DNA from: Octopus vulgaris
Taxonomy: Eukaryota
Reading direction: 5' to 3'
Assembly: GCA_951406725.2 (NCBI GenBank)
Contig: OX597815.1
Span: 79,236,001-79,300,000 of the forward strand
DNA length: 64,000 nucleotides
Shown: positions 37,480-51,043 of the stretch, piece by piece
Position numbering within the stretch: position 1 is the stretch's first letter
How the letters are laid out: every line of letters starts with the position of its first letter
Program-made: the position numbers and the translations under genes
The notes under the pieces: generated by a model
Seen by the model: the letters and a program-made list of their open reading frames with translations, nothing else
Database searches by the model: none
What the model was told of the DNA's origin: nothing

Positions 37480-38480
37480 GATAGAGGTACAAGGCCTAAC
37501 ATTTGTGAGAGGAGGTTAGTCGATTACATCGACTGCGGTATTTGACTGGTATTTTACTTTATCGACCTGCAAATGATGAAAGGCAAAGTTAACTTAGACG
37601 TGAGTTGAACTCAGCACATAAAAGAGCGGGGACAAACATCACAAAGCAAATTTTCGTCCGACGCTTAAACAATTCCGCAAATTAATCACCCAGGGGTTAA
37701 TCGATACCATCGATTCCAGTACTTGGCTGTTATTTTATTTTATCAACCCATGATGATGAACTCTGAGTGTAAAGAATCGGAAGTAATGCTGCAAGGAATT
37801 TAAACTGGATGGAAAGCTACAAGGAATCTATTCCAACGCTCTAACGATTTTGACGGTTCGCCACTTGTAACAGTTTTTAATTTAGGCACAAGACCAGCAA
37901 TTTTGAAAGGAGGGATTAGTTGATTAAATTGACTCTAGTACTTGACTGGAACTTTTATTTTATAGACTCCGGAGGGAGGAAAGTCAAGGTTGACTCTGAC
38001 ACGATTAGAACTCAGTGCATAAAGGTTTGGCTGAAATTCCCCGAGGCATACTGTCTGACGCTCTAATAATGCTTGCCAGCTAGCCGCCTTTATAATCATA
38101 GCTTCAAATTTAAGCTCAATGCCAACAGTTTTGAGTGATAGATGTTTCAATTAGGGTTAGGGCTAGGGGTTATCTAATTAACTATACCCTCTCGCTAAAG
38201 TTGTGCCAATGTTAGAAACAATTATGGGTTTGAGAACTTGCTCAAAGGGTGTTTATTGAGATTAAGATTACTGGCACCTGAGGACTGGCAGAGTCATTAA
38301 AACGTCGGTCAAAACGTTTTGCACTATTTGCTCTGAGTTCAAGTTCCATCAAAGTTAGCTTTGCATAGGGTAGGTCAAATATTGGGATCGAATTAATCGG
38401 CAAACCCTTTCTCCAAATTCCGGGCTCTGTGCCTTTGTTAAAAGCAATTACTTGAAGATGAGAGACAAAGTAGACCTCGG
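37480..38480. mobile_element. Cluster of degenerate SINE core fragments
   Basis: Repeated ACAAGGCC...GATTACATCGAC...GACTGGTA...TATCGAC...GAAAGGCAAAGT...GAACTCAG modules, also seen near 4590, 6580, 32160, 49260 and 59200. Confidence 0.65.
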
Positions 38481-38761
38481 TGGGATTCAAAGTCGAACAA
38501 GAAAATGCGTAGCAAAATATCGCAATGTATTCAATCTATTGCTCCACCGATTCTACCTATGATTTTTAACTTTAGTATTAAGCCACAAAGTTGAATGGGA
38601 GGACTGTAGTCAATTAATCGATCGCGGTGCGAGTGTCATTTAAGTCTGAAAAAAAAAACCCCATTAAAAGATGTAGTAATCATACACCTATGCACTGAAT
38701 AAGTTTGGGACTGACATTGTCTTTAATCACACCCATGTTGACAAAATATATTAGTGATTTT

Positions 38762-38838
<77 letters not shown>

Positions 38839-39330
38839 GAGAAAGAGAGAGAGAGAGAGAGCCTTGAATTATTAAACGTCTTGGATTAGCAGAAATGTTA
38901 GATTGTTGAAGTTAAAATCCAGCTAATATCAACTTCTTTCATTCTTTCGAGATCGATAAAATAAATTACTAGTCAAATACTGAGTTGATTTAATGATTTA
39001 ATCAATTATACTATAATACCATCAAACTAAAAGCCTTGTGTCAATGCTAGAAATCAATATTATAGCTGAAGATGAGGTGAAGAAACGACAGAGAGGGTAG
39101 TTCGTTATGTTTTTATATTTATTTTATCGATAAGAAAAATACACACAAAACGAAAATAAAGTCAAGAACTTGATGCTTAATGCGATGCCATTTGGACAAG
39201 GAAATATCAGAACCGATTTTCTCCGAAGTGAATCATGTGGAGGATGCTTTGCCAAAATGCATAACGCAAACTGATATAATGTAAAATTGCTACATTTTTT
39301 CGCTTACTTGTCTACAGTATTGTTTATCTA

Positions 39331-40618
39331 CGAGGGGCGTTCAATAAGTAATGCCCCTGACCCACTTCCCATAGCAGTAGAGCAACGAAACTTGGTACAG
39401 TTATTAGTCTTTTTCTACATAGGAACCACCCAGAGTTACGCATTTCTCCCATTGCTTGATGCAGCTCTGGAGACCGTTTTTGTAGAAGACCCCAGCTTGG
39501 TCCTCCAACCTGAACGTGACTTCAGAAATCAAGGCTGCATCATCTGGGAAACGCTTTCCTTTCAAAAATAACTTCATGACTGGGAAGAGGTGAAAATCAG
39601 AGGGTGCAAGGTCAGGAAAGTAGGGGGATGGGGGAGGAGTTCATAGCCATACGCCTGTGCTTCTGATCTGGCGACAAGCGAGTTGTGGACCGGAGCGTTG
39701 TCCTGCAGGAGGAGGATGCCTTTGCTGATCTTGCCCCGCCTCTTGATTTTGATAACTTCTCTTAATTTCCTCAAAAGTGAAGCATAATAGGCTCCTGCAA
39801 TTGTGGTACCCTTTGCCAGGAAATCTGTCATCACTACTCCGTCCTGGTCCCAGAAGACTGTGAGCATGACCTTGCCAGCGGAGGGCTGCACCCTTGCCTT
39901 CTTTGGAAGGGGTGAGTCACGGTGCTTCCACTGCATTGACTGGTCTTTGGTCTCTGGATCATCGTAATGGACCCAGGTTTCATCCTGTGTAATCAGTCTT
40001 TTGAAAAATTTTGACTCATCTTCTTGGCACATCTCCAAATTCACCCTCGAGCACTCAACGCGTTCTTGCTTCCGGAAAGGCGTGAGCAACCTGGGAATCC
40101 ATCTGGCAGACACCTTTTGAATATGCAAATGGTCATGAATGATAGTTTCCACAGACCCGGTACTAATCTTGACCTAATGGGCTATTTGGCGAATAATTAT
40201 GCGTCGATCTTCCAAAATGGCAGCCTCAACTTGACGGACAGATGCCTCATCAATGGCAGAAGGGGCGACCAGATCTGGGAGCTGTTTCCACAGAGTTCCG
40301 ACCATGTTTGAATTCACGATGCCAGCGTTTTACAAGGTCATATGATGGGGCATCATCACCATAAGTTACTTTCATTTCATCAAAAGTCTCCCGTGGTGTG
40401 CGTCCTTTCAAATACAAAAACCGGATCACTGCTCGACACTCAACAGGCTCCATTTCACACTTGACTCGGTTCAAACACCTGTAAATCAGAAACCACAATT
40501 AGTTCAGAGCTGTAATTTGCCACTTACTATAGAGATATAAATGATTGCACATGCAAAATTTCAGCTAGATCAAACAACTGCAAGTGGGTCAGAGGCATTA
40601 CTTATTGAACGTCCCTCG
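39331..40618 (-). mobile_element. mariner transposon, full-length copy 2 (intronic)
   Basis: Same TIRs with TA flanks; nearly identical to 25919-27211; one nonsense codon (CAT TAG near 40175) and homopolymer frameshifts. Confidence 0.97.
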
Positions 40619-40944
40619 TACATAGTGATTTTTGTCATAACAACTTAGGCAAACACGGGTAAGTGTATCCTTCGCTAAGACCGAAACAGGTCTCAAGTTA
40701 CTGTCGTACTTGCCAAAAATGGTAATGAAATATTAGTTTTCGAGATAATGCCATTTCTTCATCGTCTGAGTATTTCCAGTTAAATTTTGTTAGTGATGCA
40801 AGTTACGAATTAATCTGACACAACGTTGTCATGTCAATAAAACTCAGAAGTTAGATTTTTTTTTTTGCTATGTTCACAATAACTGATTTCTTTCGTTCAT
40901 TTGCAAGGTTCTGTGATATGTTAAAAATTATGATGAGGAATATA

Positions 40945-41096
40945 ATGGTGTGTGGTAAAGAGCATGCTTCTCAACCACATGATTCTTGAGTCAGTTCCAT
41001 TACGTGGCACCTTGGACAAATGTCTTCTACTATAGCTTCGGGCCGACCAAAGCCTTGTGAGTGGATTAGATAGACGGAAACTGAAAGAAGCCTGTC

Positions 41097-41100
<4 letters not shown>
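40945..41100 (-). mobile_element. SINE 5' half
   Basis: Head of the 14122 family up to the (TA)n tract. It reads in the same orientation as that copy on the plus strand, so the strand call is uncertain. Confidence 0.6.
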
Positions 41101-41143
<43 letters not shown>

Positions 41144-42337
41144 TTTCTGTTCAAATACATCCATGAAAGACACTGGAACACCACTACTTTTCTTTTCTCC
41201 TAAATAAAAGATTTTGAGCATATGTCAGTAATCATTGCGTACCAGTGACTGTGAGGCGTGCTGCAAGCTTGGGGGTATTAATTTAAACCCTACTTCCCAT
41301 TAAAAACGATGGTAATGTATAGAGTAAGAATATTTAATGTCAATGTAACAGGCTTAACATTTTGTATTGATTAGAGCGTAATAGATGAGGGTTAGTGATG
41401 TATCTACAGGCAGGCATTAAATCATTTCCATAAAAAGCAACAATAAAGTACAGAAGAAAATATTTATGTTGGGTAACTAGGTGATTAGGTTTAATGTGTT
41501 GTATAGATTAGAGCCCAAAAGTTAGGCCATAGTGTAGTATCTATAGATAAAGGAATTCAGGGATTAGTAATGTTTACATATGTTACACAGGACACTCATA
41601 TTTGTCACATACATACAGACAATTTATCAAAGTCACTTCAAGTAGGCAAATGCTGTCAACAGGTGGACAGAGGGTGATTGAAATTACTAATATTTTGAAA
41701 TAAATAAGTAAAAACGAAGATTTATTTAACACCCACCATGATGATGTTGTATAGAATACGTATTACAATGAAGGCCAAAGATCTATAGAATAATTGAATT
41801 AGCAGTTTCTAGCCTCGTTATTGTATGCGGTTGCTCTGCTTACGATATTCTAGGTTATGGAGACACTTTTATTTCAGCCATGCCTTAATTTCTAAACGTG
41901 AAAGAGTTAGAATTCTCTTCGTCACTCGACCTGAGTGTCTGTACATATTGATCATATCTGATCTTAAAAGTATATCCCGTAAGTCGTGTATAAATTCTAT
42001 CGATGCCGTAGGCATTTGATAATGCTATTATGCAGAACCTGTATTACAACAGAAAAGAAATTCCTCGCAGAAAAACTTAAATGGGAAATGAAAAAGATAC
42101 ATTTCTGTCTACAGCACGAGACCGTTACGGACAAGTGCATTTTAAGTCCAAAGATACAATAGTCGTTAGAAAGCTTTGACGCCTTAATCAGCGAGTTATA
42201 GGATATTTATACAAAGCTGGCGACGTTGCTTCTATATCTTCAGTCAAGAATGACAAAAAACAAATAAGATTCTCTGATTAGACTTTCTTATATCATACTT
42301 TCATGCCCATAGCTAATATCCACTGTTAATATTAATT

Positions 42338-43770
42338 TCACTTAAACAAAATACAATAGCCTAGGAAATGACAAGTAATTCCAATGTATAAAAAAAACTT
42401 GGTGGGGCTCAATGACTTCAAGGTGTTTTTTAAAAGTTCGAGGTTAGCCATTTTGGATCTAAAGATGGATTCGATAGCTAGGTCAGTAATTGGGTCTCCA
42501 AGGGAACACCTCACTGATGAAGGAGGAATCGCGATTGAGGGGAGGGAGTCAACAAATAGTTTAGTAGTCTGCTCATGCAAAGCTGGGTGGTTGAGGAGCC
42601 AGAGCTTGCAGTTGGAGCTGTTAACGCTAAGACCTCTATGACCAAGTTCCTCGATCATCGTCCTAGCAGTTGTAAGCACCTTGTCAGGAAGGCCTCCCAA
42701 ACAAACATCATTGAGGTGCCAGACATTTAGATCTAGGTCGGTTCCCATCTTGGTAACATCATCAATAGCCAATGCGAATAGGGCAGGACCAAGTGGATCA
42801 CCCTGTTGGACTCCAGAGGCAGATGGGATGAGGTGGTCACTAAACGAGAAGAAGGAGGGCTCCTGATAGGCTTGCCAAACGAAGTGATAAAATGGTGGGG
42901 AATTCTCCCTTACTGTGTGGTGAGTGATGGAGTTAAAAGCATTCTTAAGGTTAAGTTTGAGGATGACCTTTGGGGACTCAGAGGCCAAGTTGGTGAAAGC
43001 CCTGGTGGAATGAGTGACAACCTCACAATCTAGCTTAGTACCTATTCCTAGCTGCACAGGGGAAAATTCCTCGGTCAGGCAGTTTGAAACTGAGGACAGG
43101 CACACTCTTGTTGTGAGCCGTCGCAGAGAACAACCAACTGCTTTGGGGCGGAGGTCACCGTTGGGCTTGGTGAGACCAAATAGTTTGGCCCCAAAGAACA
43201 GGGGACGAATGTAAGCAAGAACACTCTCGGACGAGAACAAGTTTATGAACTGTGTTAGGTTCTCCAAGAGTTCGAGTCCAGCATCACCAGCTGACAAGGA
43301 GATACCATCCTTGAGATGCTGAGGTCGTAAGCCATCGATCCCAGCGCCAGAACCTACTGGAAAAGAGGCAATTGCTTTCTTGACATTGTCAGGGGTGAAG
43401 ATGGGTTGTAGAAAACTTAATGGGTAGGGCCAGTGTAGACAATCACCTGGAGTGGACGGAGGATGTTTCTCCTTCAGTTGGTTGAGGGAGTCTGTGGTAT
43501 ACGCGACGAGAGAGGACAGAGAGGAAAGAGAGGAAAGAAGGCGAACAGCCCCATTTAATGTCAAATGCGCTGAATTTGGGCGTCAACAGCCTTCTTTAAG
43601 TTACGTTGTTGACCATTGTTCGGGGTTGACCTGAGATGAACAGTTGTTGAGGTAGATTCGAACAACTCGAATTGCTGTTTCAGGGAAGAAGTGAGGGATC
43701 CACTATTCCCATTCGTTACGTGGAGGGAGTCCAAAGGGAACAGGAACATATTTTTCCAAGGGTCTTATAA
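42338..43770 (-). mobile_element. CRE-clade non-LTR retrotransposon RT fragment
   Basis: 408-aa ORF with SGAGIDGLRPQHLKD, LTKPNGDLRPKAVG..LRRL, QLGIG, KLNLKNAFNS, GVQQGDPLGPALFAL and WHLND; catalytic Asp residues are changed to Asn. Confidence 0.85.
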
Positions 43771-45942
43771 TAGAACTTTAACAAGTGATATACGTATCTC
43801 AATCTGAGATACAGAAACACTTAGTTTTCAATATAGATCCGATATGGATTGTGACTAAATATTTGAGCCTCTAATCTGAAGCTAAGTATCAAAACAGAAT
43901 CTCCCCTTGTGTCACCCCGTCATTAATTAGAAACAACAACTCACTGCGATAACGATATTATAAACAAACTTTTCAACCTTTAGCTACTATAATCACTTAA
44001 ATCATCTGAGCTCTGAATTTAGAGGATTTTAAGAATTAAGCCATGTTTGTTTTTTTGCCATAATATCCCTAATCAGCTTTGCAATTGTAAATTTATTTAG
44101 CTTGACACTTCGGACACGAGGCAGGGATTTTTACTGATAACTTTTCTACTTGTTGAAGCAATCGATATGTCAACGTATGCACTTGTGATAATATTTACAA
44201 TGTTGTTGGGAATTGAGTGAGGTGTGGATTTTTTCCTAGCTTTTAAATAAACTGTTTATTCGATCTTTCTAACACATTATTTAAAATAAACCTTTCGATC
44301 TTTCTAACACATATACACCCAACAATTACTTTTGAATGGGTGTAAGCTGAGATTTTTTCTTGTAAAGAGAATGTTAGTCAATGGAATAAATCCAAACACA
44401 TCATATATTTATTAACTTACAGAGACAAATTTAGTTGAGTTGAGATTTTGAACCTAAAAGAAGGAGTTGAGTCAAATGCCATAAAAGACCAGGTCGGTGG
44501 AGTTCTTAGACTTTAAAAGGATGTGTGTTCTTTCAGTTTTACAAAGCCTGTACTTCCTTGACCCATTAATGTGTGGCGTAGATCTCTCACCGATGTTCCA
44601 CTCGATGCTGTGTGGTGGGTATTTTTGGCCTTCAATACACCGATGTAGCTAGCTAGCTTAGTGTCTGTCTTCTTGCCTACGTGTCAGAAAAAAGACTGAT
44701 GGTCGGCGTATCTTTTTCTTTTCCACATTGTCCGATACATTTTTCCTTTCAGTTTCTTATTTGGCAGAAAAGAGCTGACCTCGGTTTCGTATACAATTGA
44801 ACTAACCATGCAAGCCTGAATAGTTTTTTTCAGGAGGAGAAATGAAGAATTGCAATATGTCTATAACACAGAACCTGTCTACATGACAGATTAGTTGAAC
44901 AAGACCAGGATATAAGTTCCATTCAAAATATTTCATATTACCAATATCTAAGCCTCATATTTAACGATTTCAAATCCTACCGCGGTCAACTGTGTTTTCA
45001 TTCAATAGTATCTGGTGAGAAAATACAAACTAATAAGGATCTTCCCTATTTCCTCATCCCTAAATTTCATAGTCATCATTTTAGCGAAGGAAGTCGCTAA
45101 TGAAGATATCACCACTTTAACGACTGCACTGCGTCATTAATTCAATGGCTGTATTATTCCTCTGCTGCAGTAAGTGAACAACTTCGTATCCAATGTTTTA
45201 TTCAGATGCGTAATAAACGAATTCGTACTGTGAGTACACAATGTTCAATCAGGTTATCTGGGATTGACGTTAAAGATTCTGAATATCTTGCCATATTCTA
45301 CGATGACAGTGAAAAAATTGGAGGAATTCAAACTACAAAAATTACTTCCAGACAGGCACTAGGTGAAGAATACCATAGGGAGTTGCTGATGAGAGAATAT
45401 CGAATCATTATGCTTGGCTCTCTCTCTCTCTCTCTGATGTTGACCTCGCCGCGTCTTAGAGAAGAAGCGATTCAATTGGAATACGCTCTTAAGAAGTAGA
45501 CGATATTGCTCCGAACATCCTCCTGTGTGAGGTTTAGCAGTTATGGCTTGTATAGCAAAAGGGGAACTAAACACTGTTGCTTGGAACGCTCTAGAACATT
45601 CGACAGGGAAGATAACTGCAGTTGAATCCCAGCTAATATTTTGCGAGCGAAACGAACCTGTTTCACATAGCATTGCCTACATCATCATCACCATCATCAT
45701 CTTCTTCTTCTTCTTCTTCTTCTTCTTCTTCTTCTTCTTCTTCTTCTTCTTCTTCTTCTTCTTCTTCTTCTTCTTCTTCTTCCTCCTCCTCCTCCTCCTT
45801 CCCTTTTGCGTCTTTCTTCTTCCTCCTTTTCCCCCCTTAATCATTCTTCTCCTTATTTCTCTTTATATTCTCCAAAGTCTTCTTCAGACTTCCCTTCCCC
45901 TCACCGTTTCCTTTCTTCTCACTTTCTCTCTTCTCTTTCCAG

Positions 45943-46209
45943 AACAAGGGATGCCTAAAGAGGAACGCACGTCGCTTATCAAATCAGTTGACTGGAGTGC
46001 CTTCAGTGAAGAAGCATTAGAAAAATCTTTGGACAAAAGCATCATTCCCTCAAAGTACATTGCTAGAGCTGCAGTTAACCTATGTAAAAGACTTCGGCAG
46101 ACTTTTGAACACCTTGAGAAAAGCAGAAAGGCTGAAAACGACAGAGTTCTGGTAACCAGCGCAAATGGTTCGTTTATTGCCGGGGATTATTTAAGGGTCC
46201 AGTCATCAG
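45943..46209 (+). CDS. NRL-like protein, coding exon 2
   Basis: Long polypyrimidine tract plus CCAG acceptor; donor TCAG|GTAAGT; phase 1 to 1; EQGMPKEERTSLIKSVDWSAFSEEALEKSLDKSIIP matches the end of the NPH3 domain (L...ER..LC..MDCQKLS.EA..HA..N..LP). Confidence 0.9.
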
Positions 46210-46263
46210 GTAAGTAAAATGTGTATGTATGAAGGTTAAAGTGTGTAATGTATACGAGAACGG

Positions 46264-46301
<38 letters not shown>

Positions 46302-46699
46302 CAGTCACAGACAAACACACAGAAGAAGAGAGAGAAAAAGGACGGGAGAGAGAAAGAAAAGGAAAGAGAAATGTCAAGAAAGGAAGAAAAGAGTTAGTAG
46401 GAACAGGGAAACCCAAATTAAGTTGATACATGAGGAAATACTGCAACTATTCTAGCAGAAATGATCGGTGAGCATCGCAGACGACACGAAGAATCTAAAA
46501 GCTATTCTCTTGACATTTACAGTCCACAGATATTCTCTCTCCATCTCATCAAGCGTTTTAGTATGTATTTATGTAAACTTCATTTCCTTCTGGGAATGCG
46601 ACTTTTGACTCGAGTCATGTCGAAGAGATCCATATTTATTTTTTAGAAGCTTGGCACTATGAATCGAAAAATAAAGGAGCTTCTTGGCAGTCTTTTGGC

Positions 46700-48200
46700 C
46701 AGGTCGAAATAATAGCCAGATTTCTTCCAAATCTTTTAAGTGGGTGAAATTGTTTTGCTAATTTTTAAAAATTTGAAATTTGGATAAACACTTCAAGAGC
46801 GCACCCCCACCCGATTATTCGTCCTCATGGAGCAAGGTAAGTGGTCGTCCCCACTTTTTTCTCAACGTAGCCCGTCGCTGATGCAAAGAGTTAGTTCCAT
46901 GTGGCCTGGAACCGGCTTGGAATTCAAATCACTAGTTTAATGATCAGTAGATATAGATGTTGATAGCCGTCAGTGAAACTAAGAAGTAATGAAAGAGAAC
47001 AATAGATTGGAGGAGGAGAGAATGTAGACCGTTTAGAAGAGGCTGTTAGAAAAAGCGTCGCAATCGATGTGCTTGTTACTGAATTATCACTCGATCATTT
47101 CATTAACATGAAACATGAAAGCTGCGTTATTGGAGTAAAGATACATGTTCTTAGATACATGAGGGCGAAAACCGTTGGATAAATCCGGCAGACTCTACCC
47201 ATATGGGAAAAAATTCAGTCTTTCACAGACAACAATGGATGTCAGACAGGTGAGTGTAGTTTATTTAGTGACACTTCGCGACTGTTTTAGGGAAGCGATT
47301 GAACGAAGAAGGTGAACTTAGTGCCTACCTTGATGGTTGTCACGAGTTGGAGTATTGAGAAAAGTCGATATCAGCCACTAGAATTCGTGATGTGTGATAC
47401 CTAATATCTCAGCAGATGTCCATTGCAACTGGCCGCGATCGAGGTGAATTCCCCAAAAATATAGAGCGGTGAGTGGTAGAGCTACCGAGGAAGGACGTCA
47501 ACAAGAAAGACATCGTTGAAGATTTTTAATCTATCACTCGGCTGAATGCAAAGTTAAATATTTTATCCGTCATCGACACCACTCATAATAGTGATTCCTG
47601 CGGATCCATTCCATTTGTAACTCAAGCTACACATTAGTAGAGAAGGTTGGTGATAGATCTGTCTTGTGTAGGGTTGTGATAAATTAAGGTCATTCTAAAG
47701 CTTTCGACTGGGTCACCATTACACTTGTAGGTCCAGGATAAATTCTATAGGCACGTCCGGAGTGATGAAATCTTTCTACATGCACTCGTTATGTGTCTGA
47801 GCATTGTTGAGTTGTGGAGTTATGTCGGATAACTGTTGTCACGTGTCATCCATCATCAAGATCGCTTTACCATCTTTTGTGATGAGTACAAGGAAGGAAA
47901 TGTTGTTTCCTCTCTAATATCTATAGTGAAAATGCTTGTGTGAAGGACAAAACCGAGAGGTCTGACGACAAGAGCCTTCGTCTCCAGTCAAGTTCTCATC
48001 AACGTTTTCGAGTACCACAAAGAGAAATGTGAAGTTGGTGTAAAGGGTCGTCCTTACTTACTAAAATGTTGAGAGGGTAGCAAGTGAAACCTAGATGATT
48101 GGGGCTTCTGCTCTCAGTAGGCTGGAGTCTACGACTGAGAAAAAGAGAGAATTTGTCCTTGGAAGTCAGAGTAATCCTGAATCTGTAAAATTTCATGGTT
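46700..48200 (-). mobile_element. Very old LINE remnant (ORF1 zinc knuckle / APE region)
   Basis: Only scattered motif traces and a more balanced GC content; no ORF. Confidence 0.3.
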
Positions 48201-48357
48201 GGTCATAGATATATGCTTCTCTAGTGGAGTTTTTCCTTTTCATGTGCATGCTTATATTATTTTCTCATGCCTGTTTTTTTTTTCAAACTGGTTGTAACCC
48301 CATCATAGAAATTTGTGCTCAATCCTTGTAATTCCCGCTCATCGATCTCGTGGCGAA

Positions 48358-48424
<67 letters not shown>

Positions 48425-48717
48425 TTACTACTACTACTACTACTAGTTCGTGTTCGCATCTACTGTTACTGCACTTACCACTCCTTACATTAAATTTTTT
48501 AGCATGGAAACCAATAATCATTAATCATTTCAACACTTGGAAGATGAAAAAACAAAATGTAGGTCGAACAATCAATCCTGCAGTAATTTTATATTCTAGT
48601 TTTCACCACCTGTACGTCGTCATATTGTCGGTTGCAGATCAAAATTATTCTTAGAAATAACGTTGAACATAGAAATAGTCATGCGTTTTAAATCTTAAAT
48701 TTAATATAATTTTCCAG

Positions 48718-49022
48718 ATCGAACACGTGAAGAAGAACTTCAAGCTGAAGCAAATGATTCAGAAGAAGAACTTTCGAATGTCAATCACATGAATACAAAT
48801 CTAATTTTGAGTACTGATCCCTTGGAAACAACCGGATCTCATGTTTTGCCCAGCAACTACACGTTTCGAGCTCTTAATTTCGACGAGTCCAGCTTAGATG
48901 AGGATTTCAGTGTCAAATATGATGATCTGAATATCAGGGACCTTGACCACAGACTGAAGATACAAGCTCCAACCTCAAACTATAGTTTCAAACCATACAA
49001 CTATTATGTTAAACCGTACTGA
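48718..49022 (+). CDS. NRL-like protein, terminal coding exon 3
   Basis: TTTTCCAG acceptor; phase 1 gives DRTREEELQAEANDSEEELS..., in frame with the ORF ending ...KPYNYYVKPY*; AATAAA at 49071. Confidence 0.8.
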
Positions 49023-50121
49023 TTAATAATGTCCTCTGTTTGAAAATGTTCGACACATATTCGATTTTTGAATAAATACGCACTATGATTAAAATGAAAA
49101 GATTATTTCTGTATCACCAACGTCAAGGTTAAATTCGTAGATATTTGCAGTAATTTCTTACAGTAAATAATAAAAGAAAACATATTGAAATAACGTGTGT
49201 AGTATTCTTTCAATCTAAGAAATTTATTACGTTGATTTGTTTACTTATTCTTCATACATTCTTCAAATTCCGCCGAAGACGACTATGTCTTTCATCCTTT
49301 CGGAGTCGATTAAATAAGTACCAGTTACGCACTGGGGTCGATGTAATCGAATATCCCCCTCCTCCACAATTTCAGGCCTTGTGCCTACAGTAGAAAGGAT
49401 TCTTAATACGTTCTAATAGACTGAAACGCAAATACGCTAGTTGCTGCTGTGTACGTCAAAGGAGAACAACTTTTCACTTTGACGACGGCAGTATGTTCAT
49501 AAAACACGTGGCTTATTCGTAAAAGGGATTCTGGGACACCTAGAACTGATAGGACAGAGCGCAAAGTATCTTGTTTGCCACATATACCAGACCTCATCAT
49601 CACTAAGGATTTCTCCGGACGAATACTCCTCTTCATAGAGTAGCAAAAACTAGCCTTTCTACTCAGAACCAGAAAACAGTTTAGTCCTCAACAACTACGA
49701 ACACTCAGTTAATATGCAGTTTAGGGATTTAAAAAAAAATGGAGGTAAATTGACTGGGAGCGACGACGGTTGCATCCCATAATTTCATTAAGAGAACATA
49801 AAGAGAACTTATGAAATCCCTTACTTATATTATCAGAAGTCGTTCATTAGGTGGCGTCCACAGGTAACTACATGTGAAGTGCTTCCACGTGATAGCTTCT
49901 GAAATTGCAGCCGAGGTACACTAAGGTACTATATCAACAACGAACACTACTGTAAAGGCAATTCGGTGGCTTGTATGTCAACGCATGATGGCCAATATAG
50001 TTACATCTGAGCAATGCAGTAATCCTGCACGACTGCGGAGCTGTAAAGAAAGAATCGACGGGAAGCAGTGGCGTTGTTCTTATCGATTCATGTTATATAC
50101 ATTGATAATATTACATAAATT

Positions 50122-50359
50122 TCGTTTTTGGATTTGGTTTGCAAGATTCTTTATATGAGTTCGTGTGTTGAAGCATATTCAGTTGTGTCTGGGGAGAGTC
50201 ATTTTCTTTTTGTGCCTTATAATGTAACACACTCACCGGTAAGGTTGCAAGACGCAACGAAAATTTTAGAAAAATAAGAAATAAGTGGAAATTTTACCGG
50301 TGGGTGTGTTACATTATAAGACACAAAAAGAAAATGACCCTCCCCAGACACAGCAGAAG
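50122..50359. mobile_element. Short foldback retro-insertion (probable Penelope inverted pseudo-LTR pair), copy 2
   Basis: Same family as 4749; TSD TTACATAAATT (50111-50121, 50360-50370); carries GTTGC-AAGAC-GCAAC-GAAAATTTTA, a hammerhead 3' half. Confidence 0.7.
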
Positions 50360-51011
50360 TTACATAAATTATCTATATTAAAAGTATCGGATTTCCCTGT
50401 TGTCATTTCCGGTTAATTTCCGTTCATTTTTAGTTTAAGCTCTTAAACTTGGTGAACGCAATTGAAACACAATAGCATGTATATGAAAAGATTTTCTCTT
50501 AGATAAAATCCATAGCATTATGCCTTTCAATTGTGTACATATATTTAGTGTAAATATATATACATTCTAAGATGGTGTTTTAAATTTAAAGCTGTTTCAG
50601 ATGTATCCATTAATTTGCTTTCAAAGCTCGGTAAGCTTTCTGCTATACCAGTGAATGTATTATTCACTGTTTCCTACGCATCGAAGAATGAATTTCGTAT
50701 TAGCAAGTGACAAACAGTTGCACGGGATTGATGAGACCCAATTAGGGCGAAACACGTCAGTCGTCCTCATGAGTCACAGTTCCAACGTTGTTCGCTTCAC
50801 TCCGATATCTATATTGTGTTTTCAATACAATATGTTTATGAAAGGATTTTTTTCTTTGACAAAACCACGGCATCCTGCCTTTGAACGGTGTGTCTAATAC
50901 ATTTAGTACGATACGCAGGTTGTGAATTTGGTTTAAAGTTATTTCAAATGCGTTCACCGAATATGTATATAAACGTACATGCATACATAGAAGTGCGGCG
51001 CCCGCGCCCGT

Positions 51012-51043
<32 letters not shown>

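Noticed and set aside
36656-37502. 265-aa poly-Leu/Ile ORF and the many YIYI, CVCV, HTHT and LSIY ORFs
   Set aside because: These are translations of microsatellites with no coding signature.
38151-38172. TTAGGG telomere-like repeats
   Set aside because: Only about three imperfect units, too short to be meaningful.
45543-45942. Poly-Phe/Leu transmembrane-like N-terminus of the 224-aa ORF
   Set aside because: It is intronic (TTC)n and polypyrimidine sequence upstream of the true acceptor at 45941-45942.
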